Positions 23,700 to 37,585 of a DNA stretch of 64,000 nt are shown piece after piece. Within the stretch, counting starts at the first letter, position 1. Every line of letters starts with the position of its first letter. Both the position numbers and the translations under genes were made by a program. Below the pieces are notes generated by a model. It worked only from the letters and a program-made list of their open reading frames with translations. It was not told where the DNA came from and searched no databases. Origin of the DNA: Scyliorhinus canicula (lineage: Eukaryota); contig NC_052149.1 of assembly GCF_902713615.1 (NCBI RefSeq), positions 126,855,256 to 126,919,255 of the forward strand, written 5' to 3'.

Positions 23700-26352
23700 G
23701 ATCACTTGCGTCTCAACCAGGGTCTCGATGCCCGAGGCCTTGGAGAACAGTGAGTGGACCATCTCTGTCTGGGTCTATACCACATTACCCAATGACTGTG
23801 CCACCACCCTCTGGGTCTATACCACATTACCCAATGAATGTGCCACCACTCTCTGGGTCTGTGCCACATCAGCCAGTGACTGTGCCACCTCCCTCTGGGT
23901 CTATACCACATTACCCAATGACTGTGCCACCTCCCTCTGGGTCTATACCACATTACCCAATGACTGTGCCACCACCCTCTGGGTCTGTGCCACATCAGCC
24001 AGTGACTGTGCCACCTCCCTCTGGCACTGGCCCAAGTCAGCCAGTGACTGTGCCACCTCCCTCTGGCACTGGCCCAAGTCAGCCAGCGCCCGGGCAATGC
24101 CATCGACGCCCTCAACCATGACCTGTTGTGACTGTGCCACGCTCTGGAGCGCCACTACAATGTCCAGGTGGCTCTGGTACATGGCTGTCTGTGACAGCGC
24201 AACCCTGTACTGGGGCTCGGCCCTCATCCACACAGAGTGCCCCAGACCTTGGACATCCTGACACATGGCCAATACCTTTGCCCACAAGACCTTCACCGCG
24301 GGTGGCACCCATGCTTTGTTGGTCTGGGCAGCACGCATGGTCGGCACCATATCCTGCCCCTGCAGTCCATTGGACTTCTCGCACTGCACCTGCAGGCGCT
24401 GGATGATTGCTGACAGCCCCTCCTGTAGTCCCCGGCTCTGTGACTGTATCTCCATTATTGATGGGACCGTCGTTTCCAGAATCCCGCAACCCGTCCTGCA
24501 GCACCTAGTCCCTGTCAGGCTGCCCTCTGAACCGTCTGCCCACTCGGGAGTTCCTACCTCCACCTGATGTACCACAGTACGTGTGTGGGGCACACCAGAG
24601 AGTGTCCCAGGAACCTCTTCACTAAAGTGCCCAACCGAGGTGAGTGTCTCTGGGCTTGTGGAGGGTGTTGGAGACGCTGTGATGGGACGTCAGTGTCAGC
24701 CTGGGACCGGCAATCTGGGTTTCTCGAGCTGTGGTTCGAGGGCTCCCGTTGCTGTCCATGTCCTCTTACTCACTGCTATCCACCTGGAGTTATGGTTGGG
24801 GCGGGGACACCAGAAGGGTCCCCTCATTGCCATGTGATCCTGCAAGACCCAAACATGACGCATTATTGGGCCATGGGTTGGGGTGGTGGGTGGTGGTGGA
24901 GGAGGGGGTGGTGTTGGGGTGGTGGTGGAGGAGGGGGTGGTGTTGGGGTGGTGGTGGGGCAGTGTGGGTGTGGTGGCAGTGGAGGAGTGGATGGGGAGGG
25001 AGCATGGGGTGGAGGTGCTGGTGGTGACATATGGGTGCCATGGGGAACCTCAACTCAGTGGGGTCTCAGTTCCTCGCCTGATACCGACCACCGCCTCGGC
25101 AACTGCCCTCTCTCCAGGCCCACCAACCAGGTCCAGTGCCCGCTTCCCCAGTGCGGTGAGAGGCTGCAGGTCCAGTAGGCCCCCTCCACTCTCTTCCCTC
25201 TCCCGGCGGCTGTGGGTAGCTTTCTCCTGCTGGGGTGGGGGAGGGAGACAGAAAACACACTGTGTTAGACAATCAGACACATACAACACAGGAGGAGGGC
25301 AGATGGTGGCCATTGTGGCCAGGGCACCGGCCATGGCAGCCAGTATGGGTGCTGGCATGTGCTGCAGGGTGGGGAGTGCTCGCCCTCTGGGTGGGGGAGG
25401 CGGGGTTACGGGGGTTAGTGCCAGGGGCACAGCGCTGCCGACTTACCTCGGCCTCGTTGAGGAGGTGGTGCAGTCTTTTGTGGCACTGCTGTCCGGACCT
25501 GGTGGAGGGGTCCATGACGCTCAAGGCATCTTCCACCTCCATCCAGGCCCGGTGTACGGTAACAGTGACAACCTTCTTCTCACCCCGAGGTACAGGGTAG
25601 CCCGCCTTTCCTCCATGGCGTCCAGCAAGGTCTCCAGCTCAGTGTCCGTGAACCGGGGTGCCGCTCACACTGCTGCCATCTTGTTGTTTGGAATGAGTGT
25701 GTGGGGAGTGAAGTGCGACTTTGCAGCAGCAGCTTTGTCAGCCTCTTCAAACTGTCAATCCCGACTCCGGCAAATCCACACCGTTTCCCGTTGGAATCAA
25801 TCGTTTCCCACTTGGAACCGGAGCTAACCCCATTAACAGCTCATGAATTGCTCCAGTCGCGGCCCCGCGCAGTTGACTGGGCGCTGGTTGGGGGACCGCT
25901 GAAAGGAGGCCCCAGCGGCGATTCCCCTCCACGGTTGATCGTCCGAGTTGCCTCCGGTGGTTCACGTATGGCCCTTACCAATGGCGTTCAGCGTCGCAGT
26001 CTGCGGTGGCCGTCCTGGTGTGGGGAGGGGGCATCGTTCTCCGGTTGTGGGGGGGGGGGGGGCCCCATCGGGGGTGACGGGGGGTGGGGGGGGGGCTGGG
26101 GGAGGCCGGGGCCTAGGCTTCTCCGGGTGGCGGGCGACTGTGTGGCTACCTTCTGCGGCGCCGGCGCGGACGCGACCAACGGGGGCATGCGCAGGCCCGC
26201 GGCAAGCAGCGCAGGGCCGCATACGGCAGCTGGAACAGCGCAGATCACTCTGGCGCCGTGCTGGACCCCCTGTGGGATTCAGAATCGCTGGACCAAGAGG
26301 CCCGTTAAAGCCGGAGTGAAACACTTTGCCGCGTTTTTAGAGAATCCCGGCC
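23700..26352 (-). mobile_element. Harbinger-derived element carrying an intron-containing Myb/SANT (NAIF1/MSANTD-like) pseudogene
   Basis: ATG at 25679: APRFTDTELETLLD...RAWMEV...QQCHKRLHHLL; GTAAGT donor at 25446; next exon RREREESGGG; coiled-coil region at 23750-24560; TIR GAGAATCCCGGCC ending at 26352. Confidence 0.75.
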
Positions 26353-26767
26353 ACTGTCTATTGATTTTAGTTCCTGGTTCTTCGGATACGACACTTGCTC
26401 CGTCTCATTTGTACCATCGCATCAGCAGCTCCTGGAGGAGGGGGAGAGGCAGTCAGGGCCTCAGCACGAGGCCATATCCACCGAGAATCTTCCAGAAGCT
26501 CTTTTAATAATCTAATTATTGACTAAATGGTGGGAAGCGATTGTGAGGACAATGTTACCATGGAGCTGAATGGGATACTGTAACCATGGTAGCAAGGTGA
26601 TCAGAATGGATTGGGAAGAATAAACTCGGTTTTGCTGCCTCTATGTGGTTATAATGAGATCACATTAATGTTTCCTTAATAAACTGTGATTTAGTGGAAA
26701 TGTATATGGATCATTGAGAAAAATGGACAAATTACTGTCAGACTTGTGAGTGAACAAAGGAACACTC

Positions 26768-27075
26768 CACACAGACTGGATTGTGCAGCGTGATGTACCT
26801 GTGAACACAGACTGGATTGTGAAGTGTGATGTACCTGTGTACCCAGACTGGATTGTGAAGTGTGATGTACCTGTGTACACAGACTGGATTGTGAAGTGTG
26901 ATGTACCTGTGTGCACAGACTGTATTGTGAAGTGTGATGTACCTGGGTAGACAGACTGGATTGTGAAGTGTGATGTACCTGGGTAGACAGACTGGATTGT
27001 GAAGTGTGATGTACCAGGGTAGACAGACTGGATTGTGAAGTGTGATGTACCAGGGTAGACAGACTAGATTGTAAA
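26768..27075 (-). repeat. 36-bp minisatellite (~8 copies), reverse complement of the 10326-11040 array
   Basis: Unit cacagactggattgtgaagtgtgatgtacctgtgta. Confidence 0.93.
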
Positions 27076-27086
27076 ATGTGAGCACT

Positions 27087-27375
27087 GATGCGACCGTCAA
27101 TTCACTCGGAGACTCGAGTCGAAGTATACATTGGTTTTAATCAGCTTACAACATTGCCTGCCTGCACCGGTACATTACTGAAGGCGGTCCCGCAGGTCAG
27201 CTGCTCTTATACTTCCTGAAAGAGGCGTTGCCATGGGCGGAGCCCCTAGATGCTCCACATCTCCCCCATTGGGTGAAGCCACACAGTGGCCCATAGATGG
27301 AGCCCACAGGGTTAATACCATGGTCTAATGCAACACAGTATACTGGTGAATTAATAGTTCTTATACTTTCACCAC
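27087..27375. mobile_element. Probable short solo LTR
   Basis: TGATG...CACCACA termini, about 290 bp; TSD not confirmed. Confidence 0.4.
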
Positions 27376-27749
27376 ACACTACAAAAGAGGAAAATCAGAG
27401 GTGGCCTGGCATTACCGAACCGGCAATACTACCACTGGGCAGCAATGGCAGATAGACTGAGAGGATGGGTAAACAAATCCAACTCAGAGTGGGTGCGGAT
27501 GGAGGAGGCCTCCTGCAAGGGGACCCTCCATGTATTGGCTACAGCAGCACTCCCATCCCCTTCGGCAAAATATACATCAAGCCCAGGGGTAGCGGCCACA
27601 CTGAAACCGTGGGCCCAATTACAGCAGCAATTCAGGCTGACTAGGATCTGCCCCGTGGCCCCCATCTGTGACAATCACAGATTCCCCCCCCCCCCCCCCC
27701 CCCCCCACCCAGCCATGCCAGACACCACCTTCAGCAAATGGAGACAGGA

Positions 27750-28478
27750 CAGGGACACGCTGACAGTTAGGGGCTTTTACACAGGGCACAGAGTGGCAGC
27801 ACTGGACAAACTGACGGAGGAATGGGAACTGCCAACAGGACAGGGACACGCTGACAGTTAGGGGCTTTTACACAGGGCACAGAGTGGCAGCACTGGACAA
27901 ACTGAAGGAGGAATGGGAACTGCCAACAGGACAGGGACACGCTGACAGTTAGGGGCTTTTACACAGGGCACAGAGTGGCAGCACTGGACAAACTGACGGA
28001 GGAATGGAAACTGCCAACAGGACAGGGACACGCTGACAGTTAGGGGCTTTAACACAGGGCACAGAGTGGCAGCACTGGACAAACTGACGGAGGAATGGGA
28101 ACTGCCAACAGGACAGGGACACGCTGACAGTTAGGGGCTTTTACACAGGGCACAGAGTGGCAGCACTGGACAAACTGACGGAGGAATGGGAACTGCCAAC
28201 AGGACAGGGTACACGCTGACAGTTAGGGGCTTTTACACAGGGCACAGAGTGGCAGCACTGGACAAACTGACGGAAGGAATGGGAACTGCCAACAGGACAG
28301 GGACACGCTGACAGTTAGGGGCTTTTACACAGGGCACAGAGTGGCAGCACTGGACAAACTGACGGAGGAATGGGAACTGCCAACAGGACAGGGACACGCT
28401 GACAGTTAGGGGCTTTTACACAGGGCACAGAGTGGCAGCGCTGGACAAACTGAAGGAGGAATGGGAACTGCCAACAGG
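27750..28478 (+). repeat. ~91-bp tandem repeat, ~8 copies, amplified from L1 ORF2
   Basis: Unit acagggacacgctgacagttagggg...ggaatgggaactgccaacagg; L1 coding continues on both sides. Confidence 0.92.
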
Positions 28479-28934
28479 AAAGGAAATTAAACACCTGCAA
28501 ATAAAGCACTTCCTCCGCAAAGAGACAGTTGGGTACCCCAGGGCCCCAGAGACCACACTACTAAAGAACCTGATGAATACAGACAGTAAAGAAGGGGGAA
28601 AATATACAGACAGCTTCTGGACAGAGCCCGAACACCATTGGACAAGACCGGATGGAAATAGGAGGATGAACTGGGGACAGAAGTGGTGTGGTGACTCTGG
28701 AGCGAAGCACTGAGCAGGGCTAACTCCACCTCCTCCTGCGCAAGGCTCAGCCTAATGCAGCTCCAAGTGGTGCACAGAGCGCACCTGACCAGAACCCGAA
28801 TGAGCAGGTTCTTCCCGGAGGTGGAGGATAAATGTGAACAGTGCCAGAGGGGCCCGGCCAACCACACCCATATGTTCTGGGCTTGCCCCAAACTTGCTGT
28901 GTTCTGGACAGCCTTCTCTGAGGCAATAGGGAGG

Positions 28935-29250
28935 CACAGTAACACAGTAATTAGCACAGTTGCTTCATAGCTCCAGGTCCCAGGTTCAATTCCCGGCTTG
29001 GGTCACTGTCTGTGCGGAATCTGCACGCTCTCCCCGTGTCTGTGTGGATTTCCTCCGGGTGCTCCGGTTTCCTCACACAGTCCAAAGACGTGCAGGTTGG
29101 GTGGATTGGCCATGCTAAGTTCCCCACAGTGTCCAAAACGGTCAGGAGGGGTTATTGGGTTACGGGGATAGGGTGGAAGTGAGGGCTTAAGTGGGTCTGT
29201 GCAGACTTGATGGGCCGAATGGTCTCCTTCTGCACTGTATGTTCTATGTT
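28935..29250 (+). mobile_element. HE1/V-SINE (a near-duplicate with a shared 3' flank lies at 31735-32030)
   Basis: V-domain and CR1-type tail. Confidence 0.85.
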
Positions 29251-32200
29251 CTATGTGCTGGGTATGACTCCGACCAGCGGAGAGTTTTATCCCTGATTCC
29301 TATTGACGCCAGTTTAGCTCAGGTTCCTTGATGGCAAACGCGGTCAAATGCTGCCTCGATTTCAAGGGCAGTCAGTCTCAGAGAAGGAAGGGCTGGAGAG
29401 ACACAAAAGAGACAATGCGGGAGGGAGGCCCCCCAGCCACCGCCCCCCTCCCCCCACCCCAGCCAATGGGGAAACATGGCCGAAGCCGACAGAGGGAAAA
29501 AAGAAAGAGGAGGGAGAAGGGGAGAAGAAGGGGGGAAACCACCCCCCCAGACCAGCCAGGGAGGTCACAAGGGGGAGGGGGGGCAGGGAGGGGCGGGCTG
29601 GGGGCGGGGGTGGGGGCGGTGGTGGGGGAGGACTACACTCCGAGCCAGATGGCGGCAGACTGCACACAGGAAAACTCAAGGGAAGGAAAAGACAAACCTT
29701 TCTGTGTTGTACAGTAAATGAACACGACCAGTAATGTATATAATTGTTTAGAATTCTTGAAAATACCAATTAAAATATTTTTTAATAACCCCCACCTCGC
29801 TCCCACCTTTCTCCACCCCTCCACTGTCGCTAAATTATCTGACTTGGGATTCTCCGGTGGCCGAGGGCGAAATCGCGTTCGGCCGGAGAACCAACTTTTA
29901 CGACGAAATTGGGGCGGCGGCGCTTTCGTGATACTCCGCCCCCTGCAACGCGGCCTGCTCGAGGGGTACGCAGCATCGACAGCCTCAGTATGTTGCCTGA
30001 GGCCCTCCCTCCCCCCGATGCTCCGCCCCGTCCAACGCAGCCTGCTCGAGGGGTACGCAGCATCGACAGCCTCAGGATGTTGCCTGAGGCCCCCCCCCCC
30101 TCCGATGCATCGCCCCCGACCGGCCGAGTTTCCGTTGGCGTCGGTTGCGTGTGCTGTGAATCGTGGGGAACTCGGTGTGGCGGCTGCGGACTCAGTCCAT
30201 CACCGCCACAGTCGGGGGAGAGCTGATCCGCGGGCAGGGGGGGCTTTGGCAGGGGCTGGGGGCACTGTTAGGGGTTGGTCTGAGGGTAGCGAGTCGGCCA
30301 AAGGGGGGGGGCATTATTTTCCAGGTTGGGTCTGTGCGCGGCCATCGCCTGGTTGTACGGAGCAGCCGCTGCAGGCCACCGCCGTGCGTATGAGCGGCCA
30401 CGGACGGCAATTCTCCGGGCCGTATCAGCAACTAAAGTCGGGTGCTCTACGCTGCCGGCATGCTGGCACCCAGCCGGACGGAGGATCCGTGGCCGTTTTG
30501 CACCAAATATCCGGTCGTAAAACACCACCGTTCCCAAGCCGGCATCAGGACATAGCCTGAAAATCGGAGAATCCAACCCCTTATCCGCCATCCATCACTG
30601 GATCAGCTGAAATGTCCTCCAATTAAATATTGGGAATACTGAATCCATTGTTTTCAGCCCCCACTCCAAACTCAGTTCTCTAACTAGCTACTCCATCCCT
30701 CTCCATGGTAACAGTCTGACATTAAACCAGTCTCTTCACAAACTGGGGCTGACATTTAACCCCGAGCTGAGCTTCCGACCTCATATTGGTGACATCACTA
30801 AGATGGTCTATTTCCACCTCAGTAACATCGCTCAACTTCACCCGTCTCAGCTCATCTACTGCGGAAACCATCATCCATGTCTCCGTTACCTCTGGACGTG
30901 ACTATTCCCATACACTCCTGGCTGCTCTCCCACATCCTACCCTCCGGAAACATGAGCTCATCCAAAACTCTGCTGTCCCAGCCTGAACTCCCACCAAGTC
31001 CCGTTCCCCTATCACCCCCTGTGCTCACTGACCCACATTGGCTCCTAGTCAAGCAATGTCTTGGTTTTAAAATTCTCATCCTTGTTTTCCAATCCCTCCA
31101 TGTCCTCGCCCCTCCCTATCTCTGGAATCTCCTCCAGCCCCACAAACCTCCGAGATATCTGTGTTCCTCTAATTCTGGCCTCTTGTACATTCCTGATCAG
31201 AATCGCTCCCCCATTGGTGGCCGTGCCTTCAGCTGCCATTGCCAAGGCCTGTAGCCATCTGACTGAGCATCCCACTGACCACCCACCATGGCCCATGGCT
31301 GTGCAGAGCGTCACCGGCCTACTCCACCCCACCCCATCACCACCACCCGATCCCCAACCTCCCCTTCCCTTCTGACAGCCGGGCGCCACCCTGCTGGCGG
31401 GGCAACATGAGGCCCACCCAAGGAGAACGCCCACATGGGTTGTACCAGCCACAGGTACCCCTGCCGGCAGGAATGGGTGCCTGGGTCTGAGTATTCCATT
31501 ACACTCCTGACTTGTGCCTTGTAGATAGTGGGCAGGCAAGGAGTCAGGAGGTGAGTTACTCACCACATGACTTCCTAACCTCTGACCTGTTCCTGTCGCC
31601 ACAGTTTTTAGATGGCTCGACCAGTTCAGTTTCTGGTCAATGGCAACCCCAGAATGTTTAAAATGGGGATTTAGCAATGGCAATGCCAGTGAAAGACATG
31701 GAGCAATGTTTAACTTCCCTCTAGTTGGATGGGGTCAAAGTTGTTAGCACTGTTGCTTCACAGCGCCAGGTTCCCAGGTTCGATTCCCCGCTGCGTCAAT
31801 GTCTGTGAGGAGCCTGCACGTTCTCCCCGTGTCTGCGTGGGTTTCCTCATGCAGTCCAAAGAGATGCAGGTTAGGTGGATTGGCCATGCTGAATCACCCT
31901 CATTGTCCAAAACGGTCAGGAGGGGTTATTGGGTTACGGGGACAGGGTGCAAGTGAGGGCTTAAGTGGGTCGGTGCAGAATTAATGGGCCGAATGGCCTT
32001 CTTCTGCATTGTATGTTCTATGTTCTATGTGCTGGGTATGACTGCGACCAGCCGAGGGTTTTCCCCCCTGATTCCCATTGACACCAGTTTAGCTCAGGTT
32101 CCTTGATGCCAAACTCGGTTAAATGCTGCCTCGATGTCAAAGGACAGTCACTCTGACCTCAGCTCTGGAGTTCAGCTCTTTTGTCCATGTTGAGCTGAGT

Positions 32201-34161
32201 GACTTTGGCAGAACCCTAACTGAGCATCAGTGAGCAGGTTATTGTGTAGCAAGTGGCACTTGATAGCATTGTTGATGATCCCTTTCATCATTTTGCTGAT
32301 GATTGAGAGTGGGCTGATGGACGGTAATTGGCCGAATTGGATTTGTTCTGCTTTTTGTGTACAGGACATTCCTGGGGAATTTTCCACATTGCTGGGTAGA
32401 TGCCAGTGATGTATCTGCACTGGAACAGCTCGTCCTGGAGCGGCGGCAGCAACTACCCGACTAACTAACCAACCTACCCATCTGGCATCGTGTCCAACTA
32501 CCATCCTACCCAGCTATCACCCTACACAGCTTTCACCCAACCCAGCTATCACCCTACCCAGCTATCACCCTACCCAGCTATAACCCTACCCAGCTATCAC
32601 CCTACCCAGCTATCACCCTACCCAGCTATAACCCTACCCAGCTATCACCCTACCCAGCTACCCACCCTACCCAGCTATCACCCTACCCAGCTATCACCCG
32701 ACCCAGCTACCCATCCTACCCAGCTATCACCCTACCCAGCTACCCAACCTACCCAGCTATCACCCTACCCAGCTATCACCCTACCCAGCTATCACCCAAC
32801 CCGGCTATCACCCTACCTAGCTACCCACACTACCCAGCTATCACCCTACCCAGCTATCACCCTACCCAGCTATCACCCTACCCAGCTACCCATCATACCC
32901 AGCTATCACCCTACCCAGCTACCCACCCTACCCAGCTATCACCCTATCCAGCCATCACCCTACCCAGCTATCACCCAACCCGGCTATCACCCTACCCAGC
33001 TACCCACCCTACCCAGCCATCACCCTACCCAGCTACCCACCCTACCCAGCTATCACCCTACCCAGCTATCACCCTACCCAGCTATCACCCTACCCAGCTA
33101 TCACCCTACCCAGCTATCACCCTACCCAACTACCAACCCTACCCAGCTACCCACACTACCCAACTATCACCCTACCCAGCTACCCACCCTACCCAGCTAC
33201 CCACCATACCCAGCTATCACCCTACCCACCTACCCAATTACCCACCCTAACCAGCTATCACCCTACCCATCTACCCACCCTCCCAGCTATCACCCTACCC
33301 AGCTATCACCCTACCCAGCTATCACCCTACCCAGCTATCACCCTACCCAGCTACCCACCCTACCCAGCTATCACCCTACCCACCTACCCAATTACCCACC
33401 CTAACCAGCTATCACCCTACCCATCTACCCACCCTCCCAGCTATCACCCTACCCAGCTATCACCCTACCCAGCTATCACCCTACCCAGCTATTACCCTAC
33501 CCAGCTACCCACCCTACCCAGCTACCCTCCCTACCCAGCTACCCACCCTACCCAGCTATCACCCTTCCCAGCTATCACCCTACCCAGCTATCACCCTACC
33601 CAGCTACCCACCCTAACCAGCTACCCACCCTACCCAGCTATCACCCTACCCAGCTATCACCCTACCCAGCTATCACCCTACCCAGCTATCACCCTACCCA
33701 GCTATCACACTACCCAGCTATCACCCTACCCAGCTATCACCCTACCCAGCTACCCTCCCTAACCAGCTACCACCCTACCCAGCTATCACCCTACCCAGAT
33801 ACCCACCCTACCCAGCTATCACCCTACCCAGCTATCACCCTACCCAGCTACCCTCCCTATCCAGCTATCACCCTACCCAGCTATCACCCAACCCATCTAC
33901 CCTCCCTACCCAGCTATCACCCTACCCAGCTATCACCCTACCCAGCTACCCACCCTACCCATCTACCCACCCTACCCAGCTATCACCCTACCCAGCTATC
34001 ACCCTACCCAGCTATCACCCTACCCAGCGATCACCCTACCCAGCTATCACCCTACCCTGCTATCACCCTACACAGATATCACCCTACCCAGCTATCACCC
34101 TACCCAGCTATCACCCTACCCAGCTACCCACCCAACCCAGCTACCCACCCTACCCAGCTAT

Positions 34162-35599
34162 TGTTCTTGAAAATACAGAAAAATGTGTCATTTGAAACAT
34201 GGAAGTCTGGCAATATCTGGTTTGAGAGGGTACAGGGAAAGATCCCACAAAAGGTTAATAGCAGCTGCAAAGAGCAGGGTTATAAAATGCAGATTCTTGC
34301 TCACAAGCAGGTTTCGCAGACACACAGGTTTCATGTGGTAAGCTAAAACAATGGCTCACACCTTCATGGAATGTAACTATCTCAGGAAGCATCTGAAAAA
34401 GCATGGATGAGAGTTTCAATTGCATTAGTGACGAATGTTTAAAACAGGCAAGTCTTTCAAGTCATAACCAAGTTAAATTTTAGCATACAGCTAAAAGCAA
34501 AGTTTCACACCTTAATTGAAATAAACTCTCTTAGTAAACAGCTGGAAAGGATGGAAGATGCCCAGTCAAATTTGGTGTCAATTTTAAAGTGTAAAATTCT
34601 ACGAACATCAAGTCAATTAAAAGAAATTGGAGACGACCTGTCTACGAGAAACATCATTTAAGTCAAAATCAAAGGCAAAGTTATGAGCTGGGGACAATTG
34701 GAAAATTAAACGATTCGAAATCACAGAAATAAAAGTTAACTATTGAAACCAAAGCATTTTTTAATCAGATCTGAGAGGAGACGATATGCCCAAAATGAAT
34801 AATTAGTTGTAGTAAGATGTTTACATCAAAGATACTTTTAAACTATCAAAGTGAAACAAGCCCATTTACAAAAAGTCGTTAAAACTTAATAACTCTCAGA
34901 AAGAGAATATAAACCCAGGGAGCAGCAGAGGACAGGACAGAGGAAAACAGCAACAGGAGAGAAGGAGAGGAGAACTCAGAGAGAGAGAGAGAGAGAGCTC
35001 GGTCATGGGAAAGACAAGGCAAGCAGCCGAGTTTAAACAGTTATACATCTAAGGAAGACTAGAATTTAAACAGGAGTCAGAGTCAGCTTAGAGATAGCTA
35101 GCAGAGTTAGCTCTTATAGCTCAGTACATGGATCAACAAGACACAGCAACAGAGCTAACTAGCGAATACATCCCAAGAAGAACAGAATTTAAAGAAGATT
35201 GAGTGTCGTGGGCCTGAAGGTCTCTACAACTAACCAGCAGCAGCCAGAATCAAGATCTTTTTTCCTTTCTGTAAAGAAAGTGTTTGCAGCTTTTAAAAGA
35301 AAAAATTATAATAATAAAATAACTTAACTTAACCTGAAAAAGTGGTTATTAGCTTACTTCACTTCCTTAATAATGCAGGACCCAGGACATCGATGCTATT
35401 AAGGGGTAAGTAGGTAAATTTCGTCGGTGAAGGTATGCGTTATACCGGGGGATAACTTGAAAAGATAGTTTGACCTGAATAGCACCCACAGAAGCCTGCA
35501 TTGGAGTCAGGGAGTGATAATCCCGGTTCACCATTTAGAATATCAACCTTTTTTTTTGGTATGGGGGAATTCTAAGAATAGTGGTGAGCTTTAACTTCA
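34162..35599 (+). mobile_element. Solo LTR copy 1 (1438 bp), TG...CA, CTAT TSD
   Basis: CTAT at 34158-34161 and 35600-35603; TATAAA at 34908; AATAAA at 35313; no coding capacity. Confidence 0.75.
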
Positions 35600-37585
35600 C
35601 TATCACCCTACCCACCTACCCACCCTACCCAGCTATCACCCTACCCAGCTAACACACTACCCAGCTATCACCCTACCCAGCTATCACCCTGCCCAGCTAT
35701 CAGCCTACCCAGATATCACCCTACCCAGCTATCACCCTGCCCAGCTATCACCCTACCCAGCTATCACCCTACCCAGCTATCACCCTACCCAGCTATCACC
35801 CTACCCAGCTATCAACCTACCCAGCTATCACCCTACCCAGCTATCACCCTACCCAGCTATCACCCTACCCAGCTATCACCCTACCCAGCTATCACCCTAC
35901 CCAGCTATCACCCTACCCAGCTACTCACCCTACCCAGCTATCACCCTGCCCAGCTATCACCCTACCCAGCTATCACCCTACCCAGCTATCACCCTACCCA
36001 GCTGTCACCCTTCCCAGCTCTCATCCTACCCAGCTATCACACTACCCAGCTATCACCCTACCCAGCTATCACCCTACCCAGCTACCCACTATACCCAGCT
36101 ATCACCCTACCCAGCTATCACCCTACCCAGCTACCCACTCTACCCAGCTATCACCCTACCCAGCTATCACCCTACCCAGCTATCACCCTACCCAGCTACC
36201 CACTCTACCCAGCTATCACCCTACCCAGCTATCACCCTACCCAGCTACCCACTCTACCCAGCTATCACCCTACCCAGCTATCACCCTACCCAGCTATCAC
36301 CCTACCCAGCTACCCATCATACCCAGCTATCACCCTACCCAGCTACCCACCCTACCCAGCTATCACCCTATCCAGCCATCACCCTACCCAGCTATCACCC
36401 AACCCGGCTATCACCCTACCCAGCTACCCACCCTACCCAGCCATCACCCTACCCAGCTACCCACCCTACCCAGCTATCACCCTACCCAGCTATCACCCTA
36501 CCCAGCTATCACCCTACCCAGCTATCACCCTACCCAGCTATCACCCTACCCAACTACCAACCCTACCCAGCTACCCACACTACCCAACTATCACCCTACC
36601 CAGCTACCCACCCTACCCAGCTACCCACCATACCCAGCTATCACCCTACCCACCTACCCAATTACCCACCCTAACCAGGTATCACCCTACCCATCTACCC
36701 ACCCTCCCAGCTATCACCCTACCCAGCTATCACCCTACCCAGCTATCACCCTACCCAGCTATCACCCTACCCAGCTACCCACCCTACCCAGCTATCACCC
36801 TACCCACCTACCCAATTACCCACCCTAACCAGCTATCACCCTACCCATCTACCCACCCTCCCAGCTATCACCCTACCCAGCTATCACCCTACCCAGCTAT
36901 CACCCTACCCAGCTATTACCCTACCCAGCTACCCACCCTACCCAGCTACCCTCCCTACCCAGCTACCCACCCTACCCAGCTATCACCCTTCCCAGCTATC
37001 ACCCTACCCAGCTATCACCCTACCCAGCTACCCACCCTAACCAGTTACCCACCCTACCCAGCTATCACCCTACCCAGCTATCACCCTACCCAGCTATCAC
37101 CCTACCCAGCTATCACCCTACCCAGCTATCACACTACCCAGCTATCACCCTACCCAGCTATCACCCTACCCAGCTACCCTCCCTAACCAGCTACCACCCT
37201 ACCCAGCTATCACCCTACCCAGATACCCACCCTACCCAGCTATCACCCTACCCAGCTATCACCCTACCCAGCTACCCTCCCTATCCAGCTATCACCCTAC
37301 CCAGCTATCACCCAACCCATCTACCCTCCCTACCCAGCTATCACCCTACCCAGCTATCACGCTACCCAGCTACCCACCCTACCCATCTACCCACCCTACC
37401 CAGCTATCACCCTACCCAGCTATCACCCTACCCAGCTATCACCCTACCCAGCGATCACCCTACACAGCTATCACCCTACCCTGCTATCACCCTACACAGA
37501 TATCACCCTACCCAGCTATCACCCTACCCAGCAATCACCCTACCCAGCTACCCACCCAACCCAGCTACCCACCCTACCCAGCTAT

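Larger units (their letters stand above)
27382..29785 (+). mobile_element. 5'-truncated L1 (ORF2 C-terminal region with CCHC knuckle and probable 3'UTR), interrupted by an array and a SINE
   Basis: GGLALPN..YYHWAA; HRAHLTRTRMSRFFPEVEDKCEQCQRGPANHTHMFWACPKL. Confidence 0.75.

Noticed and set aside
34161-34346. 61-aa ORF repeated three times (MFLKIQKNVSF...)
   Set aside because: It starts at TTG on the LTR boundary, shows no domain signature, and recurs only because the LTR is triplicated.
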